In this document: positions 16,902-25,750 of the stretch, in pieces
Position numbering within the stretch: position 1 is the stretch's first letter
How the letters are laid out: each line of letters opens with the position of its first letter
DNA from: an uncultured Candidatus Saccharibacteria bacterium
GTDB taxonomy: Bacteria; Patescibacteriota; Saccharimonadia; UBA4664; CAZJNH01
Direction of reading: 5' to 3'
Length of the DNA stretch: 59,413 nt
Assembly (NCBI GenBank): GCA_964547425.1
Contig: CAZJNH010000003.1
Coordinates: 1-59,413 of the forward strand
Notes under the pieces: generated by a model
Databases searched by the model: none
Seen by the model: the letters and a program-made list of their open reading frames with translations, nothing else
What the model was told of the DNA's origin: nothing
Program-made: the position numbers and the translations under genes

Positions 16902-17579
16902 TTACTTAACGTTCTTGCGAACGCGGTCTAAAACGTCTTTGGCCAAATCGCGGCCACCCAGACCGAAGGCCAGACCACCGGCTAGAGCCACCATCACAAC
17001 GATGGCGGTAAACAGGCGATCAAGGAAGAGAGTGTTAACTCCCAGCTGAGCCAATGCTGTAAAGGCCACAATCGCTACAATGCTGTAACGGCTGAAATCA
17101 CCCAAAAGGTGAGCGACCTTACTGCCCAAGGCTCTGGCAGCTTCGGTTACAACGCGACTGGTTAGATCAGCTACTACTACACCCACAAACACCACGGCCG
17201 CTGCCGCGAAGACGTTCGGGACGTAAGCCAGTAGCTTCGTAACCACCTCGTTGACTTTCTCCAGGTGAGCGATGGTTAAAGCTTGGAGTAAGAAAACGAT
17301 AATAAAGAACCATTTAACCAAATCACCCAACAGATCAGCGACTTGATAGTCACCGCTGAAGACTTTGTCGAGCCCAACCCGTTTAGTCATGCTTCCGAGG
17401 TTGATGGTTTTGAGCACGCGAACGACGATGTTTTTTAGCACAACACCGATCACCACACCTAGCAGGAAGACGACAATGGCGGCGAGGACGTCAGGGACGC
17501 CGGCGACGGTACTGTGCACCGCATCGCCCACACCATTACGAACGGAATCGGACCAAACCGTAAATCCGCTGTCAGTCAT
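16902..17579 (-). CDS. integral membrane protein with repeated 'conserved TM helix' segments (small mechanosensitive-channel-like)
   Basis: Several hydrophobic helices separated by short K/R/D linkers. The start is set at the internal ATG 17579, which has the SD 'GGAGGTGA' 8 nt upstream. The longer ORF-track start lacks an RBS. Confidence 0.45.
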   Translation of the reverse strand: MTDSGFTVWSDSVRNGVGDAVHSTVAGVPDVLAAIVVFLLGVVIGVVLKNIVVRVLKTINLGSMTKRVGLDKVFSGDYQVADLLGDLVKWFFIIVFLLQALTIAHLEKVNEVVTKLLAYVPNVFAAAAVVFVGVVVADLTSRVVTEAARALGSKVAHLLGDFSRYSIVAIVAFTALAQLGVNTLFLDRLFTAIVVMVALAGGLAFGLGGRDLAKDVLDRVRKNVK

Positions 17580-17693
17580 ATTTATCTCACCTCCCCTCGT
17601 AGTAACGCTAAGGCTATTATGACTCCGGTTATGCTTGGTTGTCAAACCTGTTGCTTCTGGAAGGGCTAAGCATAAGTGGTACAATTGCGGGTA

Positions 17694-19076
17694 ATGAAGA
17701 GGGACAAACAGCCGAAAAAAGATTTACTCAAAGCAGTGGTTGAGATTCCGGCCGATATTCTGGAAGACACCGTTGAGGTGGCCGAGCAGCTAACCAAAAA
17801 TTCTCCGCCGGCGAAGCTAATGGCTGAGGGCCGCAGTTACTGGCACATGCTGGGCCCCGGACTAACCACCGGCGCGTCCGACGACGACCCGTCCGGCATC
17901 GCGACCTATTCACAAACGGGCGCCCAATACGGCTTTAAATTGCTGTGGCTTGCCCCGCTGACCCTCCCTCTAATGGCGATCGTACAAGAAATGTGCGCGC
18001 GCATCGGCTTGGTGACCGGCCGGGGACTCGCAGGCAACATCCGGGCCCACTTATCCCGCAGGACTCTCTACGTCAGCGCGATACTGCTGTTCGCGGCCAA
18101 CACCTTTAATCTCGGCGCCGATCTCGGCGCTATGGCCAAAGGATTGCAGCTAATCCATCCCAGCCTGAGTTTTCCGCTGGCGTTGATCGGGTTTGGCATG
18201 CTGAGTTTATTGCTCCAGATCTTCACGCCCTACGCCAGCTACGCCCGTTATCTCAAGTGGTTGGCGCTAATTTTGTTCGCCTATGTGGCTTCGGCGCTGA
18301 TGGCGCATCTCAACTGGGGTGACCTCGCCCGGCACGCAGTTGTACCAGCCTTTAGCTTCAGCAAAGCCCAGATTCTGCTAGTTGCCGCCATTTTGGGTAC
18401 AACCATTTCACCTTACTTATTTTTCTGGCAGACATCGCAGGAAGTTGAAGAGCAGATTCTGCAGGGTAAAACAACAATTCCTTCGCGTTTGGGATCGAAC
18501 AAAGCAAGTGTCCGCAGTATGAGAATCGATGTTTGGTCGGGGATGTTTCTCTCTAACCTGGTAATGTTTTTCATCATCGCCGCCTGCGGAGCGGTATTGT
18601 TTAGCCACGGCGTTACCAACATAACTTCGGCAGCCCAAGCCGCCGAAGCCCTGCGCCCGTTTGCGGGTAACTCAACCTACTTTTTGTTCGCGCTTGGCAT
18701 TATTGGCACCGGCCTTCTCGCGGTCCCGGTCCTGGCCGGCTCGGCGTCCTACGCTTTGTCGGAGAGCTTCCGCTGGAGCGAGGGGCTTTATCGTAACCTC
18801 AAACATGCCCGGGCCTTTTACGGTGTCATTATCATTTCACTTTTGCTCGGCCTCGGCCTTAACTTCGTTGGCTTAAATCCGATTAAAGCTTTGATCTACT
18901 CTGCTGTGGCCAATGCCGTCGTCGCGCCGGTGGTACTTTGGTCGGTCGTAAAGCTTAGCCGGGACCCTAAAGTAATGGGTGAGTGGGCCAACAAACCTAC
19001 TACCACCGCCCTTGGCTGGCTCATAACCGGGCTGATGGCACTGACCGGTGTGGCCGCGATTATCTCACTGTTTTAA
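17694..19076 (+). CDS. NRAMP-family divalent metal cation transporter
   Basis: 'GPGLTTGASDDDPSGIATYSQTGAQYG' (the Nramp DPGN-like signature region) and about 11 TM segments. ATG 17694 is preferred over GTG 17676. Confidence 0.8.
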   Translation: MKRDKQPKKDLLKAVVEIPADILEDTVEVAEQLTKNSPPAKLMAEGRSYWHMLGPGLTTGASDDDPSGIATYSQTGAQYGFKLLWLAPLTLPLMAIVQEMCARIGLVTGRGLAGNIRAHLSRRTLYVSAILLFAANTFNLGADLGAMAKGLQLIHPSLSFPLALIGFGMLSLLLQIFTPYASYARYLKWLALILFAYVASALMAHLNWGDLARHAVVPAFSFSKAQILLVAAILGTTISPYLFFWQTSQEVEEQILQGKTTIPSRLGSNKASVRSMRIDVWSGMFLSNLVMFFIIAACGAVLFSHGVTNITSAAQAAEALRPFAGNSTYFLFALGIIGTGLLAVPVLAGSASYALSESFRWSEGLYRNLKHARAFYGVIIISLLLGLGLNFVGLNPIKALIYSAVANAVVAPVVLWSVVKLSRDPKVMGEWANKPTTTALGWLITGLMALTGVAAIISLF

Positions 19077-19138
19077 CCCGTTGGTGCGCTAATTTATTCG
19101 CCAGCAGCTTAAGCGTTTTGCTGTAATGAACACAACTT

Positions 19139-19167
19139 TTGCGGCACTTGCCGGGGTTTGATATAAT
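19139..19167 (+). promoter_or_regulatory. putative promoter with an extended -10
   Basis: TTGCGG(19139-19144)-17 nt-TATAAT(19162-19167), preceded by TGA (TGnTATAAT). Confidence 0.5.
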
Positions 19168-19229
19168 CGAGCTGATCTTAAATTGTGGGGTAACGGCCGA
19201 ATATTTATTCAGCCGGCATAAGAATTTAG

Positions 19230-19952
19230 ATGTTCGATCAACTATTTGGCTCAAAGACGCGAGTTAAGCTGTTAAGCCTATTCCTGAACAACCCCGGCCG
19301 GGCTTATTACGTTCGTGAAATCACCCGTAAAATCGATGAGCAAATTAACTCTGTAAGGCGGGAACTGTCGAATCTTTTGAGTATTGGGCTGATTAAATCC
19401 AGCACCCAAAACAACCGTCTCTACTATGAAGTTAACGATAAGTATGCCCATTACAACGAGATGCACCGGATCTTTGGCTCGCTCAAAGTCGGCAAGAGTA
19501 AGGCGCTAAAGGGCACCCGTGAAGAAGAGGAGATCGTAACCAAACTGCGTGAATCCGGCACCATAGAGGTGGCGTTTTTGACCGGCAGTTTCGTCCGCGA
19601 CAGCCACAACAAAATCGACGTCTTTATCGTTGGTGATGTTAACCGAGCGAAGGTTAATAAAGTTATCGCGGAGATGGAACAAGAGCTGGGCCGAGAGTTA
19701 AACTACACTTTGATGAACTCCGAAGATTATGGCTATCGCCGGGATTTGAACGACCGCTTTTTGGCCGACATTATGGAAGCCAAGAAAATTGTTTTAGTTG
19801 ATGAGCGCGGAGCGTTTCCGGGTGGCGTGAAAAAGGTTGATTTGCAGGAAAACATCGTCGAGGAAGAACCGGCTGAGTCGGATGAACCGGCAAGCGACAA
19901 GGACAAGAAATCGACTAAAGTTAAGGTTGAACCGGCGGAGTCGAAAAAATAA
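19230..19952 (+). CDS. winged-helix (ArsR-like) DNA-binding protein with a nucleotidyltransferase-like middle domain and an acidic/lysine-rich tail
   Basis: 'SKTRVKLLSLFLNNPGRAYYVREITRKIDEQINSVRRELSNLLSIGLI' is a wHTH. 'VAFLTGSFVRDSHNKIDVFIVGD' resembles a GS..D.D NTase core. The tail is K/E/D-rich. Confidence 0.5.
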   Translation: MFDQLFGSKTRVKLLSLFLNNPGRAYYVREITRKIDEQINSVRRELSNLLSIGLIKSSTQNNRLYYEVNDKYAHYNEMHRIFGSLKVGKSKALKGTREEEEIVTKLRESGTIEVAFLTGSFVRDSHNKIDVFIVGDVNRAKVNKVIAEMEQELGRELNYTLMNSEDYGYRRDLNDRFLADIMEAKKIVLVDERGAFPGGVKKVDLQENIVEEEPAESDEPASDKDKKSTKVKVEPAESKK

Positions 19953-20530
19953 TGGATATAACTTACCTCGGCCGCTCCGGAATCCGGATTAGCGGCAAAA
20001 ACATCGCGGTCTTGATAGATCCCAGCGAAACGGCCAAGATCAAAGATGAGATCGTGGTGCTGACCGACCCTAAAGAGAGTTCCAAGTTGAGCGGCACGGG
20101 CCATATTTTGATCGACGGGCCAGGGGAGTACGAGGTCAAAGGCGCTTTGGCGGTTGGCGTTCCGGCGCTGCTACAAGGCTCCGAGTCGGACAAACCGGAA
20201 GGGGCGGTATACCGTGTTGAAGTTGATGGCTTTAAGGTTGCTGTCATCGGTAACCTTAAGGGCAAGCTGACCGACAAACAGGCCGAAGAACTGTCGGAAT
20301 CAGAAGTACTTATTATCCCGGTCGGCGGCAACGGCACCCTCGATCCTTCGGAAGCCTCAGAGATTATTAGCCGGCTCGAGCCCAAGTACGTGGTTCCGGT
20401 GAACTATGAAAAGCTGGATGATTTTTTGAAGGAAATGGGCGCGCACCCCGAAGTTCAGCCCAAATTAAAATTAGCCTCCAAGGACCTACCCCTAGAAACG
20501 ACCGTTACACCGTTACAGGTAACGGCGTAA
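19952..20530 (+). CDS. MBL-fold-like protein lacking the HxHxDH motif (hypothetical)
   Basis: 'MDITYLGRSGIRISGKNIAVLIDP' resembles the first strands of UPF0173/MBL-fold proteins, but no metal-binding histidine cluster is visible. Confidence 0.35.
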   Translation: MDITYLGRSGIRISGKNIAVLIDPSETAKIKDEIVVLTDPKESSKLSGTGHILIDGPGEYEVKGALAVGVPALLQGSESDKPEGAVYRVEVDGFKVAVIGNLKGKLTDKQAEELSESEVLIIPVGGNGTLDPSEASEIISRLEPKYVVPVNYEKLDDFLKEMGAHPEVQPKLKLASKDLPLETTVTPLQVTA

Positions 20531-20633
20531 GTACTAAGAGCTAAGTTCTAAACTCTAAGTAAGTTCAAAGATTAAAGACTTGATTCTTGAACCTTGGATC
20601 TTACTTAGTACTTAGCTCTTGGGTCTTAGAGTT
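20531..20633. repeat. CTAAG/CTTAG-rich imperfect palindromic element, copy 1
   Basis: Contains the 23-mer CTAAGTTCTAAACTCTAAGTAAG (20541-20563), which is identical to 28709-28731. CTAAGTAAG (20555-63) pairs with CTTACTTAG (20600-08). The right arm supplies the last codons of rpmB. Confidence 0.8.
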
Positions 20634-20825
20634 TTCCGCTTTAGCGGACTTCTTGAGGGTGCGCAAACACTGCGTACAAATCCGCACCTGCATGCGGGTA
20701 CCGCCAATTTCAATAAACTGGCGTTGCAGGTTGGGTTTCCAAACCTTGTTGGTTTTCTTGAGCGAGAAGGGGACGTTCTTGCCGAACTGCCGACCCTTGC
20801 CACAGATGTCGCATACGTATGCCAT
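20601..20825 (-). CDS. rpmB: 50S ribosomal protein L28
   Basis: 'MAYVCDICGKGRQFGKNVPFSLKKTNKVWKPNLQ'. The start is set at the internal ATG 20825. The upstream extension overlaps a hairpin and the pyrE 3' region. Confidence 0.9.
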   Translation of the reverse strand: MAYVCDICGKGRQFGKNVPFSLKKTNKVWKPNLQRQFIEIGGTRMQVRICTQCLRTLKKSAKAENSKTQELSTK

Positions 20826-20870
20826 AACCGAGAAAGTATAACGTATGACGTATCCCGTATCAAGTATAAG

Positions 20871-20903
20871 AAGAGGCCCGAGTCGCAGTGACTCGGGCCT
20901 CTT
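20871..20903 (-). terminator. hairpin terminator after pyrE
   Basis: A 14-bp perfect stem AAGAGGCCCGAGTC/GACTCGGGCCTCTT with a 5-nt loop, followed on the minus strand by the U-rich 'CUUAUACUU'. Confidence 0.55.
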
Positions 20904-20910
20904 GAGCTTT

Positions 20911-21576
20911 CTAGGACTTGTTGGCCTTGATGTACTCAATGACCTCCATTCTTTTCTCCCAATCGATACGGCCAGTATCCGTATAGTGGTTGAGAAGACC
21001 TTCGAGAGTCAGCACAGCCGTCAGGTAGTACCCGGCTGCCAGTAGCTGCTCGGCGCCTCCTTGTTGCCGATCAACCAGCACCAGTATGTCCCGGACCAGC
21101 ATTTCCAGGCTCATCACGGCGCCTATGGCCTCGAACTTGCTGTCGGCCTGGGTGATCAAGTCATCGGTCAACAACACGATCTTGCCGGGCGTACCGGCTT
21201 GACCCTCGGCCACTATCCGCCGTTTTCCATCGGTTTCGACTTTGCCGAGCCGTAGCTGCGGTTTGGCATTCTTGCCGAGCGCCTTCGTTACGACGTCCGC
21301 AAAGGGATCGCCGGCGTTTGGTATGCCGGCAAGGTAGTCGAAGTGGAGACGAGGCGTGTACTCGATGACATCGGCCATAGCCCGGCCAATCAACTCCAGC
21401 GCTTCATCGGTCAAGGGGCCGGGCTTAGGGTTGTCCCGTGTCCGCAGATTCAAGTAGATCGGGGACAGCGGCGCGTCCGGTTGTGTTTCGTGCAGCTTGA
21501 GCTTGAAAGCGCCGAACTGGATTGCCCCGAGCTCGAAAAGCAGGTCAGCTACTTCGCCGTACAGCCCTTTGTACAT
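20911..21576 (-). CDS. pyrE: orotate phosphoribosyltransferase-like PRTase
   Basis: 'GAIQFGAFKLKLH', 'SPIYLNLR' and the PRPP-binding motif 'KIVLLTDDLITQADS'. It sits directly downstream of pyrF. Confidence 0.7.
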   Translation of the reverse strand: MYKGLYGEVADLLFELGAIQFGAFKLKLHETQPDAPLSPIYLNLRTRDNPKPGPLTDEALELIGRAMADVIEYTPRLHFDYLAGIPNAGDPFADVVTKALGKNAKPQLRLGKVETDGKRRIVAEGQAGTPGKIVLLTDDLITQADSKFEAIGAVMSLEMLVRDILVLVDRQQGGAEQLLAAGYYLTAVLTLEGLLNHYTDTGRIDWEKRMEVIEYIKANKS

Positions 21577-22308
21577 TTACGCCTCCTTACTGGCGAGGAT
21601 GTGACCGACGATCTTGTCCCAGTTTTCGGCTGGGTTGCTCGTCAGATCGCGGCCTATCACCAACCGTGTCGCGCCGGCTTCCAAGGTTCCGCCGGGTGTG
21701 CCGACTCGAGCCTGGTCGTCTTGGCTCGAGCTTGGCAGTCTGATCCCCGGCACGTTGAGGGCCAGGGAGTCAAAGCGACTCTCCGATCGGATCGCCGCAA
21801 CTTCTTCGGTCGAGCACACCACATCAGTGAAGCCGGCGATCAGCAGCTGCTCGACGTAGTAGAGAACTTGGTCGACGCTGCTCCGGCCGTTGAACTCCTC
21901 GCGCACAACTTCGGCCGATTTGCTGGTCAATACAGTTACGCCACAGGGCCGAGTGCCGACGCTGTGGCAAGCGTCTGCGAATTGCATCAGGCCATCGAGT
22001 TGTTCGGCTTCACTGTAGACACCGTTAGAGATCGCCCCAGCCATGCAGTTGAGCATCCATGGGCGGTGTTTCAGGTGCTTCTCCGCGATGGCGGCCAGCT
22101 TCGACGGGATCTCGATGATCTTGGCGTCGTCGAAGACCAGCAGGCCTCTGTCGTTAAGCCGATCGATGACGCTGTGGTCGGTCCCGGTCAGGAACAACCG
22201 GTCGACCTTAATCGCCTTGAGATGTGGAAGCCGGTCCAGGCATCCCATCATCGTCTCCTCATCCGGTACGTCTGCACTCCAAATGATGACTTCATCTGCG
22301 TTTGGCAT
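21577..22308 (-). CDS. pyrF: orotidine 5'-phosphate decarboxylase
   Basis: 'IKVDRLFL', 'FDDAKIIEIPSK' (D-x-K..D/E-I-P motif) and a C-terminal 'RLVIGRDLT'. The operon context includes pyrE, pyrC and pyrD. Confidence 0.7.
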   Translation of the reverse strand: MPNADEVIIWSADVPDEETMMGCLDRLPHLKAIKVDRLFLTGTDHSVIDRLNDRGLLVFDDAKIIEIPSKLAAIAEKHLKHRPWMLNCMAGAISNGVYSEAEQLDGLMQFADACHSVGTRPCGVTVLTSKSAEVVREEFNGRSSVDQVLYYVEQLLIAGFTDVVCSTEEVAAIRSESRFDSLALNVPGIRLPSSSQDDQARVGTPGGTLEAGATRLVIGRDLTSNPAENWDKIVGHILASKEA

Positions 22309-22399
22309 CCCGCCTCCTTGTTGTCAAAACTGCCACCGTTAAGTCTCGAGGTATTCTATGCCGACTGATCTGGTTTGGCAATTGAAAGAGCCCGGATCA

Positions 22400-23443
22400 T
22401 TACGATCCGGGCTCTGGTGAAACTTGCCAGTCAAGGGTTTGACCGGCGAGGAACGGGACGACCTTTCCGGTATTGCCGTACACGTACGGCGACTCCACTT
22501 TCCATGGCTCTTTGTAGAGCCGAATGAAGCCTTCGTTCAGTGGCAGGCCGTAGAACTCCGCCCCGAACCGCGAGGTGAAATCCTCGAGTTTGTCGAGTGA
22601 TCCCATTCCCTCAAACACCCCGGCCAATGCCTGCATTGCAACCGGAGCGCAGAACACTCCAGCGCTACAGCTATCCGACTGCTTCTTTCTCCGAGGGTGC
22701 GGCGCGCTGTCGCTTCCGAAGAAGAAACAGGGATTGCCGCTGGTGGCGGCCATGAGCAGTGCGGCTTTGTCCGCCGGCCGCTTGACCACGGGTTTGCAGA
22801 AGAGATGGGGCTTCAGCTCGCCGCCCATCAGGTCATCAACCGTCATCATCAGATGATGGACGGTAATGGTGGCCGCCACACTGGCGCCACTCTCTGCCAA
22901 CCCGGCCACGAAATCCGCGGCTACAGAAGTTGAGATGTGCTCCAGGACGATCAGAAGGTTCGGGAAAGCATCGGCGATCTGCCCGAGCATCGGTAGGAAA
23001 GCGGCTTCGCGCTCGAAGACGCTGGTCTTCGGGTGCTCGCCATGTAGGCACAGCACCATTCCAACTTCCTGCATCGCGGCGAAGACGGGCCACAGTCCGT
23101 TGATGTTAGTGACGCCATCAGCCGAGTTGGTGGTGACGCCGACCGGGTAAAGCTTGGCGGCGACTACTCCCCAGCGATGCGCCTTGATGACCGTGTCCGG
23201 TGTGGTCGCATCCGTCAGCTTGATGGTCATAAGCGGCTCTGAGCCGGAGAAACCGGCGTTGATGATCTGGCTCTTGTAATGCCAGGCATCCTCCGCGGTC
23301 AGGATCGGTGGATCGGTGTTGGGCATGACGAGGTTTCGCCCAAACACCATCGAGCTGTAGTAGCAACACAGTCCTAACAGCTCGTCTTGGCGGAGGTGGA
23401 CATGCAAGTCGTCCGGCCGCCGAATCGTCAGACTCTTACTCAT
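22400..23443 (-). CDS. pyrC: dihydroorotase, homodimeric (E. coli PyrC-like) type
   Basis: 'LTIRRPDDLHVHLRQ', 'VMPNTDPPI', 'AAKLYPVGVTTNSADGVT', 'LCLHGE' and 'FFGSDSAPH' track E. coli PyrC along its whole length. Confidence 0.88.
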   Translation of the reverse strand: MSKSLTIRRPDDLHVHLRQDELLGLCCYYSSMVFGRNLVMPNTDPPILTAEDAWHYKSQIINAGFSGSEPLMTIKLTDATTPDTVIKAHRWGVVAAKLYPVGVTTNSADGVTNINGLWPVFAAMQEVGMVLCLHGEHPKTSVFEREAAFLPMLGQIADAFPNLLIVLEHISTSVAADFVAGLAESGASVAATITVHHLMMTVDDLMGGELKPHLFCKPVVKRPADKAALLMAATSGNPCFFFGSDSAPHPRRKKQSDSCSAGVFCAPVAMQALAGVFEGMGSLDKLEDFTSRFGAEFYGLPLNEGFIRLYKEPWKVESPYVYGNTGKVVPFLAGQTLDWQVSPEPGS

Positions 23444-24330
23444 TACACCTCCTCGTAGGTCGACAGGATGTCGCCGTACACACCGGGGTTCTCACCGGCG
23501 TTCCAATACGCTGTCGCGGCTTGAACCGCCGTGGCGCCAGCGTTGAGGTAGTCGGTGATATCTTGGCCATTCATCACTCCGCCAACTCCAACCATTTGGA
23601 TATCACTCGGCAGGTTCCGTTTCAGCTGGGTAACTTGGCCGATTGATATGGGTTTCATTGCCGCTCCGCTAAGCCCAGCCAATCCCACGCTGATAACCGG
23701 GGTGCCAGTCTGATCAAGTTGCATGGAATTAGGGAAAGTGTTGCACGCGGCGACATACCCTACAGGGTAACTCCAGAACGTCTTGGCTACGCTCTCAAGG
23801 AGTGTGGGGTCAGAAAAAGGCGAAAGTTTGACCCCAACCGGGATGTCTTCGCCCAACAAGCGGTAAACGGCGTCAAGGATGTAACTTATCGCTGGGCGGT
23901 CGAAAGAAGCGATCTTCTTTTGCTCGCCATCGACCCAGACATTTGGACAACCGAGATTCAGTTCGACAGCGTCGAATCCCAAAGCGACAGCCCTATCGCA
24001 AAGGAGGGCGTACTGCTTGTCGTCAAACCCTGCCACGCTGGCGATCAAAGGCTTCCCAGCTTGATGGGCAGTTTGAACCATCCAGCCGGCGCGTTTCTCG
24101 TAGTACCCAAGCCCTCTGTTGGGGAGGCCGAGCGAGTTGAGGCTGTAGCCGTCACCCTTCCAGTAGACGTTGCCTTCGTTGCCCGTGCGGGCATCAACGG
24201 TGATGGAGCCGACGACGATGGCCGACACCGCGGAGCGGGCGAACTTCTCGACATCTTCGAGCGTCTTGCAGGTGCCGGCCGCGTTCATCAGCGGGTGTTC
24301 TAGCTCCAAACCAGCCAGCTTAACGGTCAC
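23443..24330 (-). CDS. pyrD: dihydroorotate dehydrogenase, class 1 (catalytic Cys type)
   Basis: 'LEHPLMNAAGT', 'NSLGLPNRG', 'ELNLGCPNV' (a Cys where class 2 enzymes have Ser), 'GLSGAAMKP' and 'VGVGGV'. Confidence 0.85.
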   Translation of the reverse strand: MTVKLAGLELEHPLMNAAGTCKTLEDVEKFARSAVSAIVVGSITVDARTGNEGNVYWKGDGYSLNSLGLPNRGLGYYEKRAGWMVQTAHQAGKPLIASVAGFDDKQYALLCDRAVALGFDAVELNLGCPNVWVDGEQKKIASFDRPAISYILDAVYRLLGEDIPVGVKLSPFSDPTLLESVAKTFWSYPVGYVAACNTFPNSMQLDQTGTPVISVGLAGLSGAAMKPISIGQVTQLKRNLPSDIQMVGVGGVMNGQDITDYLNAGATAVQAATAYWNAGENPGVYGDILSTYEEV

Positions 24331-24400
24331 GGTAATTCCTTTCGGTAGATTTCAAGGGTCTCTCAAGAGCTGGCCTATTCTAATCTGTTAAGATGGCGCT

Positions 24401-25012
24401 ATGCAAGTTGTGATACTTATTATTGGGCTCGGATTCTCGGTCATTTTGCACGAAGTGTCTCACGGGCTAATGGCGGATTGGCTCGGAGATCCTACCGCTA
24501 GAGTGATGGGTAGGCTGACACTAAATCCGATCCCGCACATCGATCCTTTTATGACGGTAATTTTGCCGGCACTACTAATATTTACCGGTTCGCCGGTGGT
24601 CTTTGGCGCTGCCAAACCCGTCCCCTTTAACCCTCATAATCTACGGAACGGGCAGAGGGGAGTAGCGATGGTAGCTGCGGCAGGCCCGGCTACGAATCTA
24701 CTCATTGCCTCCGTGCTAGCGGTTTGGGCCAGGCTATTTCCAGCCGCCGATGACACGATTGTGACTCTCATCGTCATTAACCTTGGCCTGATGGTGTTTA
24801 ACCTGATTCCATTTCCGCCGCTCGACGGCTCTCGGATTGTTTACACTTTCTCTCCGCATAGGGTTCGTGAGATCTTTGACCGGGTTGAGCGGCTGGGTTT
24901 GATCGGGATTGGACTACTCATTTTGGTGGCTTTTCCGCTAATTCGGCCAGCAATCGTGGCAATTGTTTCGGGCATAGCCACCGTCTTAATCGGCCACAAT
25001 CCCGGTTTCTAA
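24401..25012 (+). CDS. site-2 protease family (peptidase M50) membrane metalloprotease
   Basis: 'HEVSHGLMA' (HExxH) in the first TM region and 'NLIPFPPLDGSRI' (the LDG motif) in a later one. Confidence 0.85.
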   Translation: MQVVILIIGLGFSVILHEVSHGLMADWLGDPTARVMGRLTLNPIPHIDPFMTVILPALLIFTGSPVVFGAAKPVPFNPHNLRNGQRGVAMVAAAGPATNLLIASVLAVWARLFPAADDTIVTLIVINLGLMVFNLIPFPPLDGSRIVYTFSPHRVREIFDRVERLGLIGIGLLILVAFPLIRPAIVAIVSGIATVLIGHNPGF

Positions 25013-25196
25013 TTTGGTAGAATAAGGGTATCTCTGCCGCATCGGTGCTGAGGTGATATTTTCCTGATAATTCTAGAAAGGGAGTTCAAGATTGTTCTTC
25101 GCCGAGGCGAAGGAACTGAGGGCACCCACCTGTCATTTGGCAGGGAATATATCAGACTTGGCGCCATGCCGCGGAGCTGGAATGATCAATAATTTC

Positions 25197-25272
25197 TGGT
25201 CGGGGTGACAGGGCTCGAACCTGCGACCTCACGGCCCCCAGCCGTACGCGCTACCAACTGCGCTACACCCCG
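25197..25272 (-). tRNA. tRNA-Pro (anticodon GGG), CCA encoded
   Basis: On the reverse complement: acceptor CGGGGTG/CACCCCG, anticodon stem TACGG/CCGTG with loop CTGGGGG (G37), T-arm GCAGG-TTCGAGC-CCTGT, 3' ACCA. Confidence 0.92.
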
Positions 25273-25302
25273 GAACAAACACTAATTATAGAGTAAAGAG
25301 AT

Positions 25303-25713
25303 TTGGCAGAATATAAGCACTTAAAGATTTATACCGATGGTGGAGCGAGAGGGAACCCCGGGCCAGCCGCTGCCGGGGCTGTGATTCAGAATGTTGACGG
25401 GAAGTTGCTGGAAGAAGCCAGCAAGTATTTGGGGGAGATGACCAACAACCAAGCTGAGTATCTCGCGCTGAAGTTGGGAATTGAGACCGCGAAACAGTAC
25501 CAGCCGGAGGCGATTGACTGCTTTCTGGACAGCGAGCTGGTCGTTAACCAGCTAAACGGATCGTACCGGGTCAAAAATACTGAACTGAAGCCTTTATTTG
25601 CCGAGATCCAAGCTATGATTGCTGGTATGAAGGTGACTTTCAAGCATGTGCCCCGCAGCCAAAACGCGCACGCGGATAAGTTGGTTAACGCCGAACTAGA
25701 CCGCCAAGCGTAA
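25303..25713 (+). CDS. rnhA: ribonuclease HI
   Basis: 'IYTDGGARGNPGPAAAG', 'TNNQAEYLALKLGIE', 'DSELVVNQL' and 'HVPRSQNAHADKL' supply the DEDD catalytic residues. TTG start. Confidence 0.85.
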   Translation: MAEYKHLKIYTDGGARGNPGPAAAGAVIQNVDGKLLEEASKYLGEMTNNQAEYLALKLGIETAKQYQPEAIDCFLDSELVVNQLNGSYRVKNTELKPLFAEIQAMIAGMKVTFKHVPRSQNAHADKLVNAELDRQA

Positions 25714-25750
25714 GGGTTGTAAAAATTACCTATCTGGTATACACTATCCA

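Noticed and set aside
21343-22368. 341-aa plus-strand ORF, with companion ORFs 21522..21743, 21614..21859 and 22043..22342
   Set aside because: It is antisense to pyrE/pyrF, which carry clear family motifs. The product is R/A/G/V-rich with no motif. Long antisense ORFs are expected in a GC-rich segment.
25013-25196. 185-bp gap between the M50 protease gene and tRNA-Pro, examined as a possible SRP (4.5S) or 6S RNA because of its size
   Set aside because: There is no GGAAGCAGC/GNAR helix-8 signature on either strand and no long end-to-end 6S-type hairpin. Only short local stems occur, such as TTCTTCGCC-GAG-GCGAAG(G)AA and CCTGTC-ATTT-GGCAGG. I left it unassigned. A covariance-model scan would settle it.
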